A stretch of DNA of 64,000 nt from Octopus vulgaris (taxonomy: Eukaryota). This document shows positions 1-13,642 of this stretch, piece after piece (positions within the stretch are counted from its first letter, which is position 1; each line of letters starts with the position of its first letter). The stretch spans positions 18,228,001 through 18,292,000 of the forward strand of contig OX597841.1 in assembly GCA_951406725.2 (NCBI GenBank). The letters run 5' to 3'. The position numbers and the translations under genes are program-made. Under the pieces are notes generated by a model, which was not told the origin of the DNA, did no database searches, and worked only from the letters and a program-made list of their open reading frames with translations.

Positions 1-559
1 TATATACATACATATATATATACACATATATATATACATACATATATACATACATATATACATACATATATATATATATACATGCATATATACACATACA
101 TATATATACATTCATATATATATATATGCATATATATATATATACATGCATATATATATGCATGTATATATATACATGCATATATATATATGCATGTATA
201 TATATGCATGTATATATATATACATGCATATATATATACATGAATATATATATACATGAATATATATACACATGAATATATATATATACATGCATATATA
301 TATATACATGTATATATATATACATGTATATATATATACATGTATATATATATATACATGTATATATATGCATTTATATATGCATATACATGCATATATA
401 TGCATTTATATATGCATATACATGCATATATATATATGCATATACATATATATATAGATACATATATATATATATATATATATACATATATTTACATATA
501 TATGCATATATATATGCATATACATATATATATAGATACATATATATATATATATATGT

Positions 560-600
<41 letters not shown>
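1..600. repeat. Compound (TA)n/(TACA)n microsatellite
   Basis: Seen directly. Similar long tracts at 6510-7205, 52310-53010 and 53307-54045. Confidence 0.98.
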
Positions 601-603
<3 letters not shown>

Positions 604-740
604 TGGTCAGTTAGCAACTGAACTTCACAACCTCAAATGTTCCTAAGATTCATATCTACATCTTTATCTGTATATTTACCTTCTCTAAAATGTTACTAAT
701 TGATTTGAAAGCTTTTGTATTATTGGAAAACCGATATAAA

Positions 741-826
741 TTGGCTGAAGAGCACTCAGCATCTTAAATCTGCTGTAATATTTACAGCTTTTAATAAAAT
801 GTTGTAGTATGAAACAATTGTACCAA
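741..826 (+). ncRNA. Type I hammerhead ribozyme motif (PLE-type, long stem II)
   Basis: ttgg-CTGAAGA-gcact..agtat-GAAA-caattg-TA-ccaa. Palindromic stem III. Stem II has one mismatch at its base and is extended by cagcat/atgttg and gctgtaa/ttacagc. Confidence 0.7.
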
Positions 827-1094
827 ATCACCAGAGTCATTCTTGTTGCTTATTTTTGTATATACATACATATATATATATATATACATACATACATATA
901 TATGCACATAAATATGCATACATATACACATTCACACACACACACACACACACATATACATATATATATACATATACATACATACAAACATGCACACATA
1001 TATGTATGTATGTGTGTGTGTGTATATATATATATGTGTGTATGTGTGTGTGTGTGTGAATGTGTATATGTATATGTATATATATAAAATCCTT

Positions 1095-1514
1095 AAAAAT
1101 GTTTCAGCCTGAAGGCTGTGGCCACGCTGGGGTAGCACCGCTGAATGAGCTACACTAATATGTGAATCCACCTCTGATACGTGGCACTTGGTCAACAAGG
1201 GAGTTCGATGCCGCTGCCTGCATCTGTGCCTCCTGTCGTGAGGTAGGTTCATCTGGGACCCCCGACAAGAAGAGATCCAGTTTCATTTTAAAGAAATCCA
1301 CATCCACACCATGCAAGTCTCTCAGGCATTTAGGGAGGATGTTAAAGGGCTGTGGTCCTCTGAAACCCAAGCTGTTGCAGTATCTGGTCCTGTATTTTGA
1401 TGGTGATGTTGGAATCTTTGGCACCATGCAGTGGCGCCCCGTTCTGCGGTTGGGGTAACTTTGAATGCCAAAGTTTGGGACAAGACTCTCCAGGATTTTC
1501 CAGATGTATATCAC
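1095..1514 (-). mobile_element. LINE 3' fragment (CR1/L2-group ORF2 C-terminus plus 3'UTR)
   Basis: IYIWKILE.LVPNFGI..GPQPFNILPKCLRD..FKMKLDLFLSGVPDEP..AASNSL is a typical post-RT C-terminus. Confidence 0.75.
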
Positions 1515-1595
1515 AGATGTATATGACTGGTAGCTGAAACTAGTCTAATCCGGTGATCGCAGAGTCAATCATGGCACAGTAAATACCCTATGTCA

Positions 1596-1680
<85 letters not shown>

Positions 1681-2213
1681 AATATATATATATATTGTGC
1701 ATTTCGTACATTAAGGATTTTAACTATTATTTCTTGCAATATATGCGCTTTGGCACCCTCAGCCACAATTAGTGACAATTAAATATATATATATATATAT
1801 AAAGGCGTAGGCATGGCTGGGTGATAAAATGCTTGCTTCCTAAGCACATGACTCTGGGTTCAGTCCGAATGCATGGAACCTTCGGCAAGTGTCTTCTACT
1901 ATAGCCACGGGTCAACCAAAGCCTTGTGAGTAGATTTGGTAGATGGAAACTGAAAGAAGCCCATTGTATTAGTATCTGTGTTTCTCTCCATCACTTTACA
2001 ACCGATGTGAGTGTGTTTACATCCTTGTAACTTAGCAGTTTGGCAAAAGACACCAATAGAATAAGTACTGGGCTATAAAAAAAAGTCCTGGAGTTGAATT
2101 GCTTGACAAAAACACTCTAAGGCGGTGCTCCAACATGGCCACAGTCAAATGACTGAAACAAATAGAAGAACACACACACATATGTATATATATGTATATA
2201 TATATATATGTAT

Positions 2214-2302
2214 TTTCAGCTGATGAGTACGAGCCACCTATATTTACTGCAATTTTTGTAGCTTTATTAAAGATGTCCTCGTACGAAACAATTGTACCGA
2301 TA
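2214..2302 (+). ncRNA. Type I hammerhead ribozyme motif, same family as 741-826
   Basis: CTGATGA-gtacgag..ctcgtac-GAAA-caattg-TA. Stem I partly decayed (tttcag/ccgata). Same downstream cattcttgttgctt. Confidence 0.7.
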
Positions 2303-4675
2303 TATTGATCCATTCTTGTTGCTTCTTTCCTATTTGTAATCACCCCACTTTGTCGTATGGTTAACACCATATAGATTTCCGGTGCATCCAAGTTAAGGAC
2401 CATATTCATGTGAATTCATTAGAACTCACTTGAATCTCAATTGCTTAAAACGTACATATATATATATATATGTATATATATATCTACATACATACATATA
2501 TATATATATCTACATACATATATATATACATAGATTTATGAATTTGGGGCTGGAACTTGTAAACCATGTGGGTCTGAAGCAATCATCCAAATGATGCCTC
2601 TGTATTTGCAGACCTTTTTGAATGTGAAAGTATCAACTGTTGAATAATTTTAAATCCGATAACGATGATTGTCTGAATTACATCAGCCCCCACAATTCTC
2701 TCTTGCCAACTAAAGATGATATGCGGCAACAACATTCTGCTAGCATCGTCTTCAGTAGTGGACCAGTTATAATGTGTGTGTGTGTGTGTGTTTTTAATTG
2801 TTGAATTTATGAATAGTTATCGATTAATAAAATATATCAGACTCACTCAGAAAGCCTATCACTGATGAAATGTCAAAGTTACTGTCAACCTGTTCCTTGT
2901 GAACATAAGTTACCATTATACTGTTTCCATCGACCAAATTCAACTCAAAAAGCTTTTGAACTTGAGGCCAGACTGCAAAACACTTGCCTGAGATGGTGTA
3001 CAGTGGGACTGAACCTTGAACCACTTTGCTACAAAGTTAACTAAGCCACCCAACCATCTCTGCATACACACACACACCCTCTCAGCCACTATCATCAGGT
3101 TTCTTGCTACTTGAGTCACATTCTATGAAACAGGCACCTGAACCAGATTCCCTTCGTGGAGGACTTGCTGTTGTTGAAGTTTCAGCATCAATCTTATGAG
3201 ATAGGAACAACCACAAAAACTCAAGGGCTCTACCCCTATTGCCCGGACTAATTCAGAAACAGAAGATGTCAGTGACACATGTAAAGCAGTAGACCTAACT
3301 CACTGGCTTCTTCTCCTTCAGGGCACTAAACAGAGTTTACTCTGTTGCAAGTATTCAGGCTTCCCTTTGAACTCCACAAAGGCCTTTCCAGTTACACATC
3401 CTAGTGGTGTGGCCTGCAAACCTCCCAAACACTGTTCTATGACTATTTCAAATATACAAGTAAATTAAATTGAAAGTCACAAACCATGTAAGCAAATAGT
3501 TTAGTGTATGAAGCAGAATTATAAGCTTAAAGCATGTTTTAGTTCTGGTGTTAGAATCACAGTTGGGCTTCTTTGGTTATTTTGCTCAGCTATTATTAAA
3601 CTTTGTATATTATGTACGATATTCTGGTGGTTGGTCCAGGCGTAAAACATAAGTTTTATTTTTTGATCAGTTATAGAATACTGAGGTTATTTTATCCCCT
3701 TTTCTTGACCTGCTTTTGCCACTGGACTGAGGATTGTCATAGATGAGAGGAGAGTGAGGGGGGGGGGGCAGTGTGCAGCTCCTCTTTGCATCAAAACTAA
3801 GGGGCTGCAAAGTCATTGGTTATTCTTAAGGATTACTAAAGGTTCTTCGTTGTTCGAACAGATTAATCTGGGTTATTTAGTCATAATGTAGAATAATGTT
3901 GAAGTTATTTACTTCAGCTTTAGGGGTTGCATTGAGCTATTTAGTGCTGCTGGCTGCAGAATAAAAATGAGGTTCCAAGCCTTAAGTTTAAATTGAATCC
4001 CAATTAAATTGTAATTTAATAATGAGCTTGGCTCACACATTTCACTAAAGTGAGGAGAGTGGCATAATGGTTCATCCAACCATCTTATCTGCCTGGGAGG
4101 GTCATTGGAGCATCTGCTCAGAAGGGTTCTATCAGAAGCAACTATCATCACACTTTCCTGCTGGATTCCCAGGAATGGCCAACTGAAGACAAAAACAGGT
4201 GAGGGAACAACAAGCAGGTGTATACACTAATGCATAATCCAGTACAACCTGTTGCATGCAGTGTCATTAACAACTAACCCGACAACCCCAACGAGTTTGT
4301 TTGGTGTCGATGATTTTGGACCCCTGACACGAACGTGGCCGATGCCAGCGCCGCCTCGACTGGCTTCTGTGCCGGTGGCACGTTAAAAGCACCAACCGAT
4401 CGTGGCCGATGCCAGCCTCCCCTGGCACATAAAAAGCGCCCACTACACTCGCGGAGTGGTTGGCATTAGGATGGGCATCCAGCCGTAGAAACACTGCCAG
4501 ATCAGACAGGAGCCTGGTGCAGCCCCTGGCTTCCCAGACCCCGGTCGAACCATCCAACCCGTGCTAGCGCAGAAAACGGACGTTAAACGACGATGATGAA
4601 GATGACTTTGGACCCCTGACAGGATGAAATAATGGCACCTGTCAAAGGGCCTGTGGACGCATGGACTGTGGTATG

Positions 4676-5059
4676 CTCTCTTTTACTCTTACTTGTTTCA
4701 GTCATTTGACTGCGGCCATGCTGGAGCACCGCCTTTAGTCGAGCAAATCGACCCCGGGACTTATTCTTTGTAAGCCCAGTGCTTATTCTATCGGTCTTTT
4801 TTGCCGAACCGCTAAGTGACGGGGACGTAAACACACCAGCATCGGTTGTCAAGCAATGCTAGGGGGACAAACACAGACACATATATATATATATACATAT
4901 ATACGACAGGCTTCTTTCAGTTTCCGTCTACCAAATCCACTCACAAGGCATTGGTCGGCCCAGGGCTATAGCAGAAGACACTTGCCCAAGATGCCACGCT
5001 GTGGGACTGAACCCGGAACCATGTGGTTGGTTAGCAAGCTACTTACCACACAGCCACTC
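4676..5059 (-). mobile_element. tRNA-derived SINE, same family, inverted relative to 5302-5696
   Basis: Near-identical reverse complement of 5302-5696. Confidence 0.85.
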
Positions 5060-5301
5060 CATTTCATTTCAATGAGACACAAAAGAAACCAGTAACACTC
5101 CTCTCCATAGCTGTGAAGTTGATAGCAGCAGCTTAACGGGGGACGAATAGTCCAGCAAGTTAAATGATAGTCAGTCCCCTGCATTCTTATATAAGCTCAG
5201 TTTTCTTGCCTTTATCTTGTCTCTGAGCATATCGTATAACCACCAGATACAGGGAATCAGATGGATACAAAGATATTACAGGTTTAAAAAACAGAAACAT
5301 A

Positions 5302-5696
5302 GGCGCAGGAGTGGCTGTGTGGTAAGTAGCTTGCTTACCAACCACATGGTTCCGGCTTCAGTCCCACTGCGTGGTACCTTGGGCAAGTGTCTTCTACTAT
5401 AGCCCCGGGCCGACCAAAGCCTTGTGAGTGGATTTGGTAGACGGAAACTGAAAGAAGCCCGTCATATATATGTATATATATATGTGTGTGCGTGTATGTT
5501 TGTGTCTGTCCCCCCAACATCACTTGACAACCGATGCTGGTGTGTTTACGTCCCCGTCACTTAGCGGTTCGGCAAAAGTGACCGATAGAATAAGTACTGG
5601 GCTTACAAAGAATAAGTCCCGGGGTCGATTTGCTCGACTAAACGCGGTGCTCCAGCATGGCCGCAGTCAAATGACTGAAACAAGTAAAAGAGTAAA
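5302..5696 (+). mobile_element. tRNA-derived SINE (ggcgcaggagtggctgtgtggtaag family), full length
   Basis: A/B-box-like head (tggctgtgtggt; ggttcagtcc in other copies), internal (TA/TG)n, tail ..ctgaaacaagtaaaagag. Other copies near 1804-2165, 6310-7366, 14712-14868, 16895-17485, 20003-20382, 44180-44575, 49907-50298, 59032-59432 and 63490-63940. Confidence 0.85.
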
Positions 5697-6750
5697 AACG
5701 TATTGGGATAGTCTAACATCTGATCATCAAATTAAGAAAAATGTTTATATATAGAAGTAAAGGCATGTGGCTGGTGGTTATGGTATACAGATCACAATTC
5801 AAGGACATGAGTTCGATTCCCAACGGCATGCTGTGTCCTTGAACAAGACACTTCATTTTACATTGCTCCAGTCTATTCAGGTGGCAAAAATGAGACGTAC
5901 CTGTATTTCAGAGGCCAACCTTGTCACGTTCTGTATTGCGCTGAATCTTCCTGAGAACTACGTTGAAGGTACCCGTGTCTGTGGAGTACTCAGCCACATG
6001 TGTGTTAATTTCACGAGCAAGCTGTTCCTACGATTGGATCAAACGGAACCTTCATCGTGATAAGCGACGGAGTGCCAGATATATATTATAGGCGCATGGG
6101 CCTAGTGGCAAGCTCATGGTCCTAAAATTGTGGGTTTGGTTGGACCAGGGGGAAATGGGGTTTATCCGGTGGAGCTCCATTCTACTTGGCTGAAACTGAA
6201 CAGGGGCCTCTCCCACTTCAGTTGCCACATCCTTGATCATATGCTGAGACAAGGAGGAAAGCAAATATGTGTCTACGGTTATTTTATATATACAAATATA
6301 TATATATATATTCTTTCATTTGTTTCAGCCATTTGGTTGTGGCCATGCTGGAGCGCTGCCTTTAGTAATAAAAATCGACCCCAGGACTTTTTCTTTGTAA
6401 GCCTAGTACTTATTCTATCGTTCTCTGTTGCCAAACCACTAAGTTACTGGGATGTAAACAAACCAACATACATTGTCAAGCGATGGTAGGGGACAAACAC
6501 AGACGTATAGATTATATACATATATACATATATATATACATATATATATACATATATACATACATATATACATACATATATACATACATACATATATACA
6601 TACATATATACATATATACATACATATATATATACATATATACATACATATATATATACATATATACATACATATATATATACATACATATATATATACA
6701 TATATACATACATATATACATACATATATACATACATATATACATACATA

Positions 6751-6832
<82 letters not shown>

Positions 6833-7371
6833 CATACATACATATATATATACATACATATATACATACATATATACATACATATATATATACATACATA
6901 TATATACATATATACATACATACATATATACATACATACATATATATACATATATACATACATACATATATACATATAAATATACATACATATAAATATA
7001 CATACATATATACATACATACATATATACATACATATATACATACATATATATATACATACATATATACATACATATATATATAATACATATATACATAC
7101 ATATATATATAATACATATATACATACATACATATATACATACATACATACATATATACATACATACATACATATATATATATATATACATATATACATA
7201 CATACTATGGGCATCTTTCAATTTCTGTCTTCCAAATACACTCACAAGGCTTTGGTTGGCCTGACGCTATAGCAGAAGGCACTTGCCCATGGTGCCATGC
7301 AGTGGGACTGAACCTGGAACCATGTAGTTGGTAAGCAAGCTACTTACCACACAGCCACTTCTGCGCCATAT

Positions 7372-7404
<33 letters not shown>

Positions 7405-8279
7405 CACACACAAACACATGACTATTTTCAAGTTTTATCTTTCTTTTTATACCAGACTTTTCATATTTTTTATGAGCTTTTTACAGTTGGTTCGGAACCA
7501 TTAGGCCCCTAAATCCCTATTCCAGCATTTGCATATCTTCATATTTCTCAATTCTTGAAAATGAGACCATGAAATTCTAGAAACACTGGATATGGACTTA
7601 GGAACTTTATTGTTCCAAACCAACCGTAAAAAGCTCAGAGGAAAATATGAAAATTCTAAAAAATAGTAAAATTTCAACATGGTCATGTGTGAGTGTGAGG
7701 GTGTATTGTGTCTAGCCACCTTTGTTATTTCTGAATTTTCACTTTAACCTTTTTGCTGAATCATCCATTTATTCATATGGTAAATATTATTATATACCGA
7801 TAAGTAGGATTTAGCTCAACTATCAGCGATGGAGTGATCACTAGTGGTGATCTGTTGAAAGTGAAACTAGCATGCTAGGATAGTGGAGCTCCCTCGCTGT
7901 GGGGCAGTTGTCTCCCCTGTCAGTACATAAGCCAATGAGCTTTTTATGGCTGTAAGAATCTTTGCCTCTCGTCTACCCTGCATCCTCAGTCACAATTAGT
8001 GACTATTGAATGTTTTGGTTTTTGATTATATATACATACATATATATATATTAGAGAGAGAGATCTGTAGTGTTAAGTGGAAAGCTCCGGCTGAAAGACA
8101 AGTTTCCTCTGAAACACTCAGGAATCTTGAAGCAGACGTAACAAAGAAACGGAAATAACACATAATACTTTCACTCTATATTACAACTACCATTCCCTTA
8201 TCTTAATGTTATGCCAGTCTGAATATTCCCAGATTACCGAGAGTGGAATTTGTGAATATATATATATATATATATTAGT

Positions 8280-8790
8280 GACAGAGAGGTAATATTTATT
8301 CCCATTTAAACATGGGATGTTCTGTTAGAACAAACTATACTGTGGTAGATGCCATGAGAGAACCTCTCCCATATTGGCTTTTCGTGCAAAATGCACTCTT
8401 GTTTATATCGCTAGTAGGGAGATAAATCCCTGCCACCTCCAACACTGAGGTCACCAGATCATGTGATTTCAACCTTCCTTGGTCTCATCAGTGATGGACC
8501 CTTGACAGCTAGAGATAGCAGCGAATCATCTTAGTGCCAGCAATGTATAGAATAAATAGTGCTGAAACAGGTGCCAGTGTTGTGATTTGTCAGTGAGCTT
8601 GTTAAAAAGTACATAAATAATTAGGGACAGAGGCAGTATTGATATTGAACGGCAATATTTATCCCCGCTTAAACATGGGTATTCTGTTTGGACAAACGAT
8701 ACTGTGGTAGACACCACGAGAGAAACCCCCATATTGGCTTTTTGGTGCAAAATGCAATCCTGTTTGTAATGCTTTCTGTGAGGGATAAAA
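8280..8790. repeat. Diverged tandem repeat, period ~361 bp (about 1.4 units)
   Basis: aatattt..ttaaacatggg..tactgtggtaga..atattggcttt..gtgcaaaatgca recurs near 8291 and 8654. Confidence 0.8.
8458..8495 (-). ncRNA. Degenerate minimal hammerhead motif
   Basis: Minus strand atca-CTGATGA-gacc(aaggaa)ggtt-GAAA-tcaca-tgat. Stems I and II pair, but the cleavage-site U is absent. Confidence 0.5.
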
Positions 8791-11101
8791 CCTTTTGATT
8801 CTCATTAATTTTTCACTCTGCAGCTAGCCTAGAATGAATTATCCCTATCTTAGAGAAGTGGCAACACTAAGTACTGCTCTGCATATGGGCTACTTGCACG
8901 AAACATTGTCTGATATAAATAAACATTTTTAGTTATTTCTTTTTGTTATAAAGTCAAAATAATACAAGTTGATGGTTTCTAGCTTTACCTTGCATTTCAA
9001 TATTGCAGAATTCAGATCCCTTCTTCAAAACCAGGTAAAAGCAGGAACCATCAACCTGTATTCTTTTTTTATAACTTGCATTGTTTTGTCTCCATAATTA
9101 ATAAAATAATTAAAACATTATGTTTGTATATATACATTAGCTCTTTTGATACCAACCTGCCTGAGGACTAACCCTAGATCTCTGATACAAAACTCTAGTG
9201 CTAAAGTGATCTATATCAAAACCTTCTGTCAAAATTTTATGTTAATTTATGCTTAAAAAAAGGCTGAATAAAAAATATATTTTGATAAATTCTTGATTAT
9301 TTTCAAAATTAACTGAAACAAAAGCAGTGCATTTTAATAGAAATATAGTAATGAAAGGTTAACTGGTTGAAGCTGGAGCACTGGACCCAATAGGGTTTCC
9401 AGTCCATCATTTTAGGTCCACTCCTTATTCTGGGATTTATTTTAGCCTTCCCTATTTATCAACTGACTACAAGGGACACTTGTTTGTTTTCTTTTCTTTT
9501 CTTTTTTTTTCTTTTTTTTTACATCATAGAAGGAAAATCAGCTGAGTTTTTGTATTAACAGAGAATTGTGTTCCCTGTTCTTAGTTCAGAACTGAAACCA
9601 AAAGGATAACCTTTTGATTAGGGATCCCTACTTTGACTAAACAAGGTTATTCCACTTTAATCGAAACATTAATAAAACAGTACTTTTTCACTTAACTGCA
9701 TCTCATGCCAGTGGGAAGCCTTCACCATAAACACACACACTTGTGCAGTGTCCATCAACCAAATTTCCCTTTCCTTGGCATTGGGTCATCTGAAAGCTAC
9801 AGCAAGAGACAAATGCCAAAGTGTAGTGGAATGGCTATTCCGGATTATTACATGGTTGCAAAAACGAACATTGTAGCAGCAACACATTCCTCTGACACAA
9901 GACAGGTTGAGTTAACCCTTTAGCATTCCGATTATTCTGTCAAGCGTAAAGCTTATTTATCCACCACATTGCTTTGAATTAGCCGTTCTGTATCAGGTAG
10001 CATTGGGATTTTGAAGGTATGATTGTATATATTTTGACTGATCTTGTAGGGTAGGTATGAGAAACTAGATCTAGGAGGTTTGAACGTAAAACAGGTAGCA
10101 TGTTCTGGTTGGTTTAAATGCTATGGACAACAGATGCTAAATGATGATGAGGATGATGGTGAAGCCTGCTTTATCTGGCCCCAAAACTCTTCCTGTTTTA
10201 CATTCAAACTGACCAGATCTAGCTTCTCACACCTACCCTACAATGTCATTTGATAGCTAAACAGTCATACGATCAAAAAGTCAAGGCTATGCAATAATGC
10301 ATGATTAGTTCAAATCAAGGTAAATAAATAAGCATAAAATCAGACAGAATAACCTGAATACTAACGAGTCAACCTAAAGTACAATTAAAGTACAATTAAA
10401 GTGCCGAGTTCATCAGAGAACTTCCTATGCTACACTAAAAGAACAAGCAGTGCTTCCTTGAGTCAGTGGATCTCATTCACTCGCATGGCCTATATTAAGA
10501 AATTTTGAAGGGAAAGTGTAGTTGAGTACCTATCCCAGAACTTGACCAATATTTGATTTGACGGACCTTGGACGGATGAATGACACAGGATCATTAATAA
10601 TTAAAAAGTGGATTTTATAATTGGCAAAGATGACTTTTTATAAAATTACAAGATATTTCAATAACACAGTTTGATTAAAATATTTTTACAAACATATATA
10701 TTTTAAAAGATATAAAAATAAATATTCAGAAAATGTATTCTATAAAATGGGATTTTAAACCTAGCACCCCCAAATTCTCGACAAATTAATATATAAGAAA
10801 TAGTTCCTCTTTGCCATTATTAGTGTTACCTTAATTAAGGAGATACTGAATACAGAATATACAGTAGTCAAACATTATGTGTATAGTATAAAGAAATTGA
10901 AACTTTTTTCCCCCCACAATTCTGTGGTGTCTGCTGTCACCAGACTTAAGGTCTCTTGAGAATGAGATATTCTTAATTTATAAACATTTAAGAATTTTAA
11001 TTGCAACTTTTTCAAAGTAAGGATAGTTCAACCCCGAAGCAACTTATGAGACTCCAGGGGGAGTAGATTCAAGCTTCCATTTTATAGAATATATTTTTCA
11101 A

Positions 11102-11142
<41 letters not shown>

Positions 11143-12871
11143 ATATTATGTCATATGCATATATATTTTACAAAAACAGAGATAAAGTCAGAGCAAACTG
11201 AAAAGAAATTCATTAAAATAAAATTAACAAGTTTCCATAAACTAAACTTGAATAAAATTTCATTAAAAAAACACAATTCATTTTTATTTTACCAATTTAA
11301 AATTTTAGATCAATTTCAAATTGCTAAAATAATTGGGGATTTTTTTTTTTTTTTTTCAGTTTAAAATTTCAAATTTATAAAAGATTCAATAAAAACAAAA
11401 TGGATTTTTTAAAACTTGTATTCAAATCCAAACAGAATCTGAAATTTGTTCTCTTTTTTCTTTTGCCAAATTTGAGTATCAGTTCCATCATTGATTTATT
11501 CAATTTAATATCTTTTAGAAGATATTATTTGATAGCTTATAAGGAACACTTTATACAAAAGCCAAAAAATGTTCTAGAAACTTTAACCTGCATCTTAGGA
11601 TCTGCAATGCAGTGGCTTAAGAAAGGACCTTCAAAAATTAAGGAGTGCATTATAAGCTGGTGTACCTTGTAAGCCATCAAATATGATTTAATGTAGTCTC
11701 TGTGTGTCATTTTATTGGAGCTGATTTTGGAGTTTTGTTGGGAGTAGCTTGAAAGAGATTTTGAACAAAGGAAACCCAATAAATCTTCAAAATTAGAATC
11801 AATAAAATTACAACAAATGTTACATGTTGCACAGGTATTGAGTGCGCTATTTAGTGAATGTGCATTGCTTTTATGTGTTTAAAAAAAAAAACGTTTCAGA
11901 ATAAATATGTCTATCCTAAAGGATGAAAGGGACCTCCTGAGCCATAGACTCATAAGGGCAGTTTCCCAGATTTTGTGGCATATTTACTCCCCCACTTGGA
12001 TGGGACGCCAGTCTATCACAGGATTACTCAGTTTTGCCAGCTGAGTGGACTGAGCAACATAAAATGAAATGTTTTGCTCAAGAATACAACACATGACTCA
12101 GTCTCGGAACAGAAACCACAACCTTACAATCCTGAGTGCAACACACTAACCACTAAGCCACGAGCCTCCAATATAAAAAAAAAAACCCCACCCAAACTGA
12201 ACACACATACCTAGGGGTATGCACGTTGTTAGTTCAGGGGTGGATTTTGTTTATACACCTGAAGCTGCTTGTAATTTCCTATTTGAATGTTTTGCCTGGC
12301 ATGAAACGTTGGGACTTGCCAGCAGATGGTTTATAAAGCATTTAGCATAGAGCCATGGCCAGTCATATGTATAGGTTGCAGTGGGCCTCGTTTGGTCTGC
12401 AACACTGAAAAGTCACAACAACGACGAAACATGTGTCTGTTGCTCAGAGAAGAGACCTGAGGCGAGTTGTCTCGTTTGACCATGTGACTTACTTTCAGGT
12501 GTTTTTAACACCAGGCACACTGAGAATATATTTTCTTATGCCTAAAAACTGCAGCTGACCCATGCACTTGCAACACACACATCTTTGTGTATATGTGTTT
12601 GGTTTTGTTTACATATCTCAAGCTATTTTGATATATATATATATATATAGATATATATACATATATCTAACCAGCACGGATTTTTGTCAGTGAACAGGTC
12701 GCGGTCTTAAAGCGACGAGAATATTTTGACAAATTACACTTAAATGTTAAAGTGAATCGAACGGCTTTTGTGTGTTTCTTAAATGGCTTATAAACACCTT
12801 CCATGCTGCAATTGTTTTCGTTTCAGCACACGATCTCAGATCAAATCACTTGCTATGCAAGTACATCTCCG

Positions 12872-12907
<36 letters not shown>

Positions 12908-12908
12908 A

Positions 12909-13252
12909 TAAAATAATATGTGACAATTACTCAATAATCAAGATAAAACTCTGAGTTTCGGATGCCGAAGTGGAAATCCACAACACCATCTCTTCTGTTA
13001 TCTGGTCATCTGAAAAACGCTATGAAAAAATACTGTTATATAAATTTTACATGTTTACTATTAACTTTTAATCTTAATTTATATAAGTAGCAGAATTATA
13101 ATACAGTAATTTCCCTTTATATAACGGTATTTTTTCATAACATTTTTTCAGGTGGCCAGATAACGGAAGAGATGGTGTTGTGGATTTCCACTTCGGCATC
13201 TGAAACTCAGAGTTTTATCTTGACTATTGAGTAATTGTCTCATATTATTTTA
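12909..13252. repeat. Long inverted repeat, ~135-bp arms and ~70-bp spacer
   Basis: 12909-13044 is the reverse complement of 13116-13252 with few mismatches. Confidence 0.9.
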
Positions 13253-13642
13253 CAGATAAATTCCTCTATTTACATAATATTGAGGTCTCTTTCTTTCTTT
13301 CTTTTGTTGTCTTACCGTTTTTACCAATATATATACACACACAAAAATGTACACAATTCCTCATCTCTTAAATATAGAACTGTATACACACACACACACA
13401 TAAAATTAGAAGCTAATGACTCCCCTGCCACTCAGGCAAGTGCATGTGTCCCAGGGTTTGCCATAAGCATGGTAAAACATCTATTAATATAATACTGTGT
13501 TAATGATGACTAAATGCACTTCTCTTGATTCACTTTCCTCACACCACTGCAAAATCTGTTTGGCAGAATATTTCATTCAACCAGCTGCCAAACATTTAAT
13601 TTTTGAAAATTGATATTTCAAGAGTTCCCTCCCTTGCTCTTA

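Noticed and set aside
1690-1780. Hammerhead relics on the minus strand (CTGAGG..gtacGAAA); related word at 7980-8005 and CTGATGTA near 2686
   Set aside because: Core or stems are incomplete and a full fold cannot be drawn.
5302-5375. tRNA gene
   Set aside because: tRNA-like SINE head with no complete cloverleaf or terminator. It runs directly into the SINE body and is repeated many times.
12493-12548. Possible extra or poison CYRI exon (ag..gtaagt on the minus strand)
   Set aside because: No homology to CYRI, weak polypyrimidine tract, and a stop in the required phase. Needs RNA evidence.
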